From positions 2,559 through 66,558 of the forward strand of contig JAQWFL010000011.1 of the NCBI GenBank assembly GCA_028704435.1: a stretch of 64,000 nt of DNA, in the 5' to 3' direction. A model generated the notes under the pieces. That model was not told the origin of the DNA. It saw only the letters and a list, made by a program, of their open reading frames with translations, and ran no database searches. Source of the DNA: Anaerostipes sp. (GTDB lineage Bacteria > Bacillota > Clostridia > Lachnospirales > Lachnospiraceae). Below, in pieces: positions 57,442-64,000 of the stretch. The stretch's first letter is position 1. Each line of letters starts with the position of its first letter. The translations under genes and the position numbers were made by a program.

Positions 57442-57857
57442 TTTAGCTCCTCTTCACACAACACATTATAAATATCCGGAATCAATAATTGAGCATTAAC
57501 TGGCTTTAAAGATTTATTTGTCCAAGCATGCTTTGTTTCTCCTGTTGTTAAAACACTTCCATCTTTCGCATTTAATACTTGATAAGAAAAAACAATGCGC
57601 ACTTTACCTATATATTCCAACTTCGTTTTTACAATAATTTCATCTTCATATCGTGCTGGACTCTTAAACTTACAATTCATTTCATATAAAGGGAGCAAAA
57701 CTCCTTGTTCTTCTATTTCTTTGTTAGGTATGCCTGCTTTTTTCAAAAAATCTGTTCTACCCGCTTCAAACCATACTGCATAATTAGAATGGTGAATAAT
57801 ACCCATTTGATCTGTTTCGGAATATCTGGCTATAAGCTTAGTTTCTACTTGCATCAC
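57438..57857 (-). CDS. Acyl-CoA thioesterase (YbgC/4HBT family)
   Basis: RYSETDQMGIIHHSNYAVWFEAGR. Confidence 0.9.
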   Translation of the reverse strand: MMQVETKLIARYSETDQMGIIHHSNYAVWFEAGRTDFLKKAGIPNKEIEEQGVLLPLYEMNCKFKSPARYEDEIIVKTKLEYIGKVRIVFSYQVLNAKDGSVLTTGETKHAWTNKSLKPVNAQLLIPDIYNVLCEEELK

Positions 57858-58708
57858 TTATTATCATTTAAAACTTTTTTCTCAATTATTTCTGCTGCTT
57901 CTACTAAATAATCACATGCGAAAGTTTCAAATTCTCCTTCATCTACCAATTTTGCGATTTTCGAATCAATAGGTATTCTCCCCAAAATATCAACTCCAAT
58001 CTCATTTGAGATTTCATCTAATTTACTTTCACCAAATAATTTAATCTCTTTTCCACAATCAGGACATTTTACATAACTCATGTTTTCAACCAAGCCTAAA
58101 ACTGGTATATCCATTTGCTTTGCCATATGATAAGCTTTTTTCACAATCATGGATACTAAATCCTGCGGTGACGAAACAATTACTATTCCATCTAAGGGAA
58201 TCGATTGAAAAATTGTTAAAGGGACATCACCTGTTCCTGGTGGCATATCAATAAACAAATAATCTAATTCTTCCCAAATCACTTCAGTCCAGAACTGTTT
58301 TACCGTATTTGATAACATGGGGCCTCGCCAGATTACTGGAGCGTCTTCTTGAGGCAATAGTAGATTAACAGACATCAATTTTATATTATTATCTGTTTGT
58401 TCTGGTATAATGCCTAGTTCATTTGCTGTTGCTTTTTTCTTTATACCAAACATTCTTGGTATAGAAGGTCCTGTTATATCTGCATCGAGAATCCCAACCT
58501 TATAACCCTTTCTTCTCATTAAAACTGCCAGCATTGCAGTTACAAACGATTTACCAACTCCACCTTTTCCACTAACTACACCTATTACATTTTTAATGGA
58601 ACTGTATGCATTCAAATCTTCATACATATTTTTCTTGTTTTTTTCACAGCCCTCACAAGATTCTTTCTTGCACTCATCATCTGTACAGCCTTTTATATTA
58701 TCTGCCAT
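57854..58708 (-). CDS. Mrp/NBP35 Fe-S cluster carrier ATPase
   Basis: SGKGGVGKS, DADITGPS, IWRGP, DMPPGTGD, ENMS..CPDC. Confidence 0.92.
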   Translation of the reverse strand: MADNIKGCTDDECKKESCEGCEKNKKNMYEDLNAYSSIKNVIGVVSGKGGVGKSFVTAMLAVLMRRKGYKVGILDADITGPSIPRMFGIKKKATANELGIIPEQTDNNIKLMSVNLLLPQEDAPVIWRGPMLSNTVKQFWTEVIWEELDYLFIDMPPGTGDVPLTIFQSIPLDGIVIVSSPQDLVSMIVKKAYHMAKQMDIPVLGLVENMSYVKCPDCGKEIKLFGESKLDEISNEIGVDILGRIPIDSKIAKLVDEGEFETFACDYLVEAAEIIEKKVLNDNK

Positions 58709-58739
58709 TTTCTATACTCCTTTTGTATTTGTTTATATT

Positions 58740-59231
58740 TTATATAAAATCTATCTTTGTAAAATCAATACTTCCATCTAAACCTACTAACTTAGAATCC
58801 GCATGAACATATTCAACTTTTCCAATAAACATCTCATGAGAGCCTGTCATAATAGAATCCACAACTGTACATTCAATATTAACAGGACAATCCGCCAAAA
58901 TAGGTGCGTTTACAACTTTGCCATCTTCCAATTTAACATTTATATCTTTTAACTTATTCGAATCTCTTTTACTAATTTTCCCTAGATAATCAAACGTCTC
59001 CTGATAGTCTTTACTTGCAATATTTACAACAAAACATCCTGATTCCTTTATCATCTGATAGGAATATCTTGTAGGAACAATTCCAACCATAACCATAGGC
59101 GGTGCGTAACTACAGTTGCCACAATAGCCAACTACTAAAGCATTATCCTCTCCATCTAATCCACGACATGAAACTAAAACTTTTGGTGCTGGTTGTAATG
59201 CCCCTTTTTTATTTGCTTCTCTTTTTTCCAT
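58740..59231 (-). CDS. Flavin reductase-like protein
   Basis: P.P..LVS, PPMV, FVVN, CPVNIEC, GSHEMFIG.V. Confidence 0.85.
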   Translation of the reverse strand: MEKREANKKGALQPAPKVLVSCRGLDGEDNALVVGYCGNCSYAPPMVMVGIVPTRYSYQMIKESGCFVVNIASKDYQETFDYLGKISKRDSNKLKDINVKLEDGKVVNAPILADCPVNIECTVVDSIMTGSHEMFIGKVEYVHADSKLVGLDGSIDFTKIDFI

Positions 59232-59246
59232 TTTATTACTCCTGTT

Positions 59247-59630
59247 CTATTTACTTTCATGTTTTTCATAGTAGTCTTTAATCGCATTTTTTAGTGCTCC
59301 TGCTCCTAAAACAGAACAATGAAGCTTATATTCGGGCAACCCATCAAGAGCATCTGTTATATCCTGATCAGTCAGTTTCATTGCTTCTTCCAGCGTTTTT
59401 CCTTTTACCAATTCTGTTGTCATGCTGCTTGTAGCTACTGCTGCAACACAACCAAATACTAAGAATCGAATATCAGAAATTTTATTATCTTTTACTTTAA
59501 TATAAAGAGTTAAGGAATCTCCGCAATCTGGATCCCCAAATCTTCCTTCACCATCCGCATCCGGCATGCTTCCAACATTTCTAGGCGACATAAAATATTC
59601 TATCACTTTATCAGTATATTCATCATACAT
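59247..59630 (-). CDS. iscU: NifU/IscU-type Fe-S scaffold
   Basis: PRNVG, CGD, FGC..A.A.SS, K.HC. Confidence 0.88.
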   Translation of the reverse strand: MYDEYTDKVIEYFMSPRNVGSMPDADGEGRFGDPDCGDSLTLYIKVKDNKISDIRFLVFGCVAAVATSSMTTELVKGKTLEEAMKLTDQDITDALDGLPEYKLHCSVLGAGALKNAIKDYYEKHESK

Positions 59631-59650
59631 AGCTTCACACTCTCCCTCCC

Positions 59651-61015
59651 TTATTTTTCATCCTGTTCTGCCTGCCAAGCATTTATCATCAGCGCGCATT
59701 CAATCCGTTTCTTTTGCAACATACAACTTACTTCATTTGGTTGCTTTATAGTTCCATTTGTAAAGAATGAATTTGCATGACAACCACCAGAACAAAATAG
59801 CTTTGCCCAACATTCTCTGCATGTTTCCTTTTCAAATATTGTATTATTCTTTAATTCCATACATAATTTATTGTTTGAAATACCGTTATAAATATCGCCT
59901 ACGGCAAATTCTTCCTGCCCAACAAACTGATGACAAGGATATAGTTTTCCATCTGGTGATACAGCCATATATTCATATCCAGCACCACACGCCGTAATGC
60001 GCTTAAAAAGACAAGGACCATCATCAAGATTTATATAAAAATGGTAAAATCTGAATTTGTTATCAGAAGATAGCTTTTCAATATATTTTATTGCCAAATT
60101 TTCATATTCTTTTAAAAGTTCAGGTATATCTGATTCTTTAAAATATAAATCACTACCATTTCCAACAACAGGTTCCACTGAAATTTCTTTAAAGCCTAAG
60201 TCTGCGAGGTGCATAACATCATTTGAGAAATCTTTGTTTTTAGCAGTAAAAGTGCCTCGTACAAAATAACTTTTTCCATTTCTTCCAGCAACTAATTTTT
60301 GTGCCAAAGGTATAATTCTGTCATAAGATCCTTTGCCATTACAATCATGACGAACAGGATCGTGACTTTCTTTTCTTCCATCAATACTGATAACAACATT
60401 ATCCATATTTTCATTAATGAAATCTATTCTGTGATCATTTAGCAACGTTCCATTTGTCGTGATTGTAAAGTGAAAACGTTTCCCACTTTCTTTCTCAATC
60501 CGTCTTCCGTATTTTACGACAGCTTCAACCACTTCAAAATTCATCAATGGTTCTCCACCGAAAAAGTCAATTTCTATTTTCTGTCTGCCACCAGAATTTT
60601 CTACTAAATAATCAACTGCTTTTATCGCTACCTCTTCACTCATCAGTTCTCTGCCACTGTTATAGTCACCCTCTGATGCAAAACAATATTCACACCTTAG
60701 ATTGCAATCATGTGATACGTGAAGACATAATGCCTTCAAATTTGTGTTTACATCTTTTGACGCTACTATTTTCTCTATATCTTTAATTGAAGAAAATAAA
60801 CCCCCTTGTTCTTTTAGGGATAGAATTTCTTCATATCCTTCAACAATATCTTCCTTACTATATTTGTTCCCCAATTTCCTTATTGCTCCATCTATTGTGG
60901 GCAACTCTTCTTCATTTTGTAACATCTCATAGGTTAAATCATCAAGCACGTGTACTGCCCCACTATTTTCATCAACTGCTATGTTATATCCGTTTAATGA
61001 ATATGTATGAATCAC
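59651..61015 (-). CDS. scfB: ScfB/CteB-like ranthipeptide radical SAM-SPASM maturase
   Basis: MIH.Y..NGY...D.NSGAVH..D RRE-type N-terminus; CNLRCEYC; FFGGEP; GPC..KR...CGAG; YPCHQF; C..CWA..FCSGGC.AN. Confidence 0.85.
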   Translation of the reverse strand: MIHTYSLNGYNIAVDENSGAVHVLDDLTYEMLQNEEELPTIDGAIRKLGNKYSKEDIVEGYEEILSLKEQGGLFSSIKDIEKIVASKDVNTNLKALCLHVSHDCNLRCEYCFASEGDYNSGRELMSEEVAIKAVDYLVENSGGRQKIEIDFFGGEPLMNFEVVEAVVKYGRRIEKESGKRFHFTITTNGTLLNDHRIDFINENMDNVVISIDGRKESHDPVRHDCNGKGSYDRIIPLAQKLVAGRNGKSYFVRGTFTAKNKDFSNDVMHLADLGFKEISVEPVVGNGSDLYFKESDIPELLKEYENLAIKYIEKLSSDNKFRFYHFYINLDDGPCLFKRITACGAGYEYMAVSPDGKLYPCHQFVGQEEFAVGDIYNGISNNKLCMELKNNTIFEKETCRECWAKLFCSGGCHANSFFTNGTIKQPNEVSCMLQKKRIECALMINAWQAEQDEK

Positions 61016-61034
61016 ATCTTTTTCCTCCTGATTT

Positions 61035-61121
61035 TTATGACCATATTTAAATTAACAAATTCAAAGTTATGGTCTTATGCTCAAAATATAGTTTAGTCCA
61101 ATTATGGGCATATGTCAATAT
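61035..61121 (-). promoter_or_regulatory. sigmaA promoter (TTGACA-17-TAAACT) with three CATATG-type palindromic operators
   Basis: -35 at 61113-61118, -10 at 61090-61095; sites 61102-61121, 61067-61086, 61035-61054. Confidence 0.7.
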
Positions 61122-61147
61122 TGTATTGCCAAAGGATAGATAATTTT

Positions 61148-61178
61148 AAAAAAGAATCCTAACATAAGGATTCCTTTT
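61148..61178 (-). terminator. thrS terminator
   Basis: GAATCCT / AGGATTC stem plus U-tract. Confidence 0.6.
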
Positions 61179-61187
61179 CAAATCAAT

Positions 61188-63083
61188 TTATTCTTCTATT
61201 TCCTTCTTTATAAGCTGTATCACTTCTTCAAAATTCATTGTCCCAATATCTCCTTTGTCTCTGCTCCTAAGAGACAATGTATTACTTTCTTCCTCAATTT
61301 GACCCAAAACAAGCATATATGGTACTTTTTCAAGCTGTGCTTCACGAATCTTATACCCGATTTTTTCATCTCGTTCATCCATTTCACATCGAATACCGTG
61401 TTCCTTAAATTTCCCCAGTATTACTTTTGAATATTCACTGAATTTTTCTGATATTGGAAGTATTTTAACTTGTACAGGTGCAAGCCATACTGGAAATTTC
61501 CCTGCATAATGTTCAATTAATATACCAATAAATCTCTCAATAGATCCAAATACTACTCTGTGAATCATAATTGGTCTGTGTTTTTCTCCATCTGCACCTA
61601 TATATTCAGCTTCAAAGCGTTGTGGTAACTGGAAGTCTAACTGAATAGTCCCACACTGCCATGTTCTTCCGATGGAATCTTCCAAATGGAAATCAATCTT
61701 TGGTCCATAAAAGGCTCCATCGCCTTCATTTATTACATAATTCATCTGCAAATCATCCAATGCTTCTCTCAATCCATTTGTTGCCACTTCCCAGTCTTCA
61801 TCACTTCCAATACAGTTTTCTGGTTTTGTAGAAAGCTCTACATAATATTTAAATCCAAATTTGGTATAGACCTCATCAATTAAGCGAACTACACCTTTTA
61901 TTTCCTCTGTAATTTGCTCTTTTGTCATATAGATATGTGCATCATCCTGTGTAAAACAACGTACTCTCATTAACCCATGTAATGCTCCTGACTTTTCATG
62001 TCTATGCACTAGCCCTAACTCTCCCATTCTAATTGGAAGTTCTTTATAAGAATGAGGTACTGATTTATAAACAAGCATTCCTCCAGGACAATTCATAGGT
62101 TTAATAGCGAAATCTTCATCATCAATTACTGTCGTATACATATTTTCCTTATAATGATCCCAATGTCCTGATGTTTCCCATAAATTTCGGTTCAACATAA
62201 TAGGCGTAGATATTTCCACATAACCTTCCCTGTCATGAAGTTTTCTCCAATAATCAATTAGCAAATTTTTCAGCACCATTCCTTTAGGAAGGAAAAATGG
62301 AAATCCTGGGCCTTCTTCCATAATGGTAAATAAGCCTAGTTCTTTTCCTAGCTTTCTATGATCTCTTTTCTTTGCTTCCTCAAGTCTGTTTAAATATTCA
62401 TCTAATTCTAAAGCCTTTGGAAAAGAAGTTCCGTAAATTCTTGTAAGCATTTTATTCTTTTCACTACCTCGCCAATATGCCCCTGCGACAGCTGTAAGTT
62501 TAAAAGCTTTCACAACTTTTGTACTCATTAAATGGGGGCCTGCACACAGATCCACGAACTCACCTTGCTCGTAAAAACTTATTTGGGTTCCTTCCGGTAA
62601 ATCTTCTATTAATTCAACTTTATAATCTTCATTTCTGTTTTTCATAAATGCAATTGCATCATCTTTTACAAGTATGAATCTTTTTAATTCAAGATTTTCT
62701 TTTATGATATTTTTCATTTCCTTTTCAACAGCTTCTAAATCTTCCTTCGTAAATGTAGTTTCAAAATCAAAATCATAATAAAATCCTTCTTCAATTGATG
62801 GGCCAATCGCTAACTTCGTATTGGGATAAAGTCTTTTTACTGCTTGTGCCATAATATGTGAAGTAGTATGTCTAAATGCTGCTTTTCCATTATCATCTTC
62901 AAAAGTCAGAATAGCTAACGTACAATCTTCTTTTAACTCTTGCCTCAAGTCAACAATATTCCCATTCACTTTTCCTGCACAAGCAACTCTTGCCAAGCCC
63001 TCACTTAATTCTTTTGCAATTTCAATAACAGAAATTGGGCTTTCATAATTTCTTACCGAACCATCCTTTAATGTAATTTTCAT
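61188..63083 (-). CDS. thrS: Threonine--tRNA ligase (start MKITLKDG)
   Basis: TGS domain, DLCAGPH, RDHRKLG, KPMNCP, GAFYGPK, HRVVFGS.ERF. Confidence 0.97.
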   Translation of the reverse strand: MKITLKDGSVRNYESPISVIEIAKELSEGLARVACAGKVNGNIVDLRQELKEDCTLAILTFEDDNGKAAFRHTTSHIMAQAVKRLYPNTKLAIGPSIEEGFYYDFDFETTFTKEDLEAVEKEMKNIIKENLELKRFILVKDDAIAFMKNRNEDYKVELIEDLPEGTQISFYEQGEFVDLCAGPHLMSTKVVKAFKLTAVAGAYWRGSEKNKMLTRIYGTSFPKALELDEYLNRLEEAKKRDHRKLGKELGLFTIMEEGPGFPFFLPKGMVLKNLLIDYWRKLHDREGYVEISTPIMLNRNLWETSGHWDHYKENMYTTVIDDEDFAIKPMNCPGGMLVYKSVPHSYKELPIRMGELGLVHRHEKSGALHGLMRVRCFTQDDAHIYMTKEQITEEIKGVVRLIDEVYTKFGFKYYVELSTKPENCIGSDEDWEVATNGLREALDDLQMNYVINEGDGAFYGPKIDFHLEDSIGRTWQCGTIQLDFQLPQRFEAEYIGADGEKHRPIMIHRVVFGSIERFIGILIEHYAGKFPVWLAPVQVKILPISEKFSEYSKVILGKFKEHGIRCEMDERDEKIGYKIREAQLEKVPYMLVLGQIEEESNTLSLRSRDKGDIGTMNFEEVIQLIKKEIEE

Positions 63084-63139
63084 CTTTTCACTCTCTCCTA
63101 TCATTTCAATTATTTTAATATCAATAATATTTAATGCAA

Positions 63140-63400
63140 ACAAAAAAACACCCAAAACAAAACAGTCATTTTACTGCTTCATTTAAGGGTGCAATTATCT
63201 ATATTCTGCACGGTTCCACCTTAACTTTTCTCTTTAAGATTTTTCCTATCTTGTCCATTAACGCTGGCTAACGATAGTACCTACAATATCAATTTCAGCA
63301 CTACAGCTCCGGAATGGTTTTCACTAATACTTTATATAAGGAATTTTCACCCAAGATTCCTCTCTCTGTATATTTTATATTAGATACTTTTCCTTCATTG
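63140..63400 (-). ncRNA. Thr T-box riboswitch
   Basis: AGAGA and GGTGAAA motifs, specifier GAAA-ACC (63316-63318), T-box AAGGTGGAACCGTG (63209-63222), terminator with U-tract. Confidence 0.92.
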
Positions 63401-63445
63401 CTTTTCCATATTTTAATTATGTGATTTTCTACAACTAACGAAGCA

Positions 63446-63937
63446 TTAATTAGGGTTATTATAAACTTCTTGTCTTCCATACCTACGGCAAGTCTTATTA
63501 CAGAACTTCCCTTTACAATTGTCTTTGCAAACAACTTTTGTTGAACCACAATTATGACAAGTATAGTCTTCCTTTCGTAATCGTTCTAAGTTTTCAATAC
63601 TCTCCTTCCATTCTTTACCACAATCCATGCACAGCACCGGACATATGTTACGTGTGAAATTACCACCCTCAATACATATGCCTTTCCCATTGATCAAACT
63701 ATCAGCCACTTTTCCTCTAGCCACAAGCAAAATCCTTTGAAATGTTGGTCTTGATACTTCCATTCTATCCGCACACTCCTCTTGCTCTAAACCCTCAAGA
63801 TCTTTTAACCGAATTGCCTCAAGCTCTTCAAGTTTTAAAACATTCTCCGGCACTTCTTCTATTCTGTTTTCTGAAGGTACAAAATACTGTACTGTTGGTA
63901 AATTATCAATTTTTCTCCATTTTGTTGGTCTTGCCAT
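63446..63937 (-). CDS. DUF134 (UPF0251) HTH protein with C-terminal Zn ribbon
   Basis: MARP.KWR, EELEAIRLKDLEGL.QEECA..M.VSRPTFQRIL..AR.KVA..L..GK, CMDC...CHNC. Confidence 0.9.
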   Translation of the reverse strand: MARPTKWRKIDNLPTVQYFVPSENRIEEVPENVLKLEELEAIRLKDLEGLEQEECADRMEVSRPTFQRILLVARGKVADSLINGKGICIEGGNFTRNICPVLCMDCGKEWKESIENLERLRKEDYTCHNCGSTKVVCKDNCKGKFCNKTCRRYGRQEVYNNPN

Positions 63938-64000
63938 TTGTCAGCTCCTTTATCATTCACTAATCTCCATTATACTTGAAGACATAATCATTTAAATTTA

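Noticed and set aside
63084-63549. Extended thrS start at 63155 and the 82-aa ORF 63301-63549
   Set aside because: They overlap the T-box leader/terminator; the RBS supports ATG 63083
704-63963. Numerous short antisense ORFs in the track
   Set aside because: Shadows of well-supported genes with S/F/L-rich composition and no RBS

Overview
Low-GC Gram-positive (Clostridiales/Lachnospiraceae-like) DNA in three blocks. (1) 1-~48690 is a large integrative conjugative element, essentially all on the minus strand. It has cargo at the left (a partial multidomain protein with two RNA-polymerase alpha-CTD repeats and a WYL regulator), a giant ArdC-N/N6-methylase/SNF2 helicase gene split by a complete group II intron (8980-11717) and containing a nested out-of-frame tnpV gene, a Gram-positive T4SS (NlpC/P60, VirB4, PrgI, VirB6-like, pilin-like, VirD4), MOBP relaxase/MobC/oriT, Toprim, RadC, an LPXTG Cna-B adhesin plus sortase, ParM/ParR-like genes and three DUF6462 (Xis-like) genes. 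(2) ~48690-52137 holds an att junction carrying a lysS-like 3' end, followed by the integrase/Xis/PemK end of an apparently second, truncated element that is fused at ~52130 to a 5'-truncated IS1380-family element (ending 53023). (3) 53024-64000 is a more AT-rich redox/Fe-S region: rubredoxin/rubrerythrin fusions, TrxB-like reductase, nrdG with a split/deleted nrdD, thioesterase, Mrp, flavin reductase, IscU, an scfB without scfA, T-box-thrS and DUF134. The most notable signals are the nested tnpV, a shared C-terminal Arg signature on 13 soluble ICE proteins (possible T4SS-delivered protein set), a terminator-studded 42-kb operon behind a long structured leader, the lysS att junction and a CATATG-centred palindrome regulon. 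All family assignments are by eye from motifs; no database search was run.
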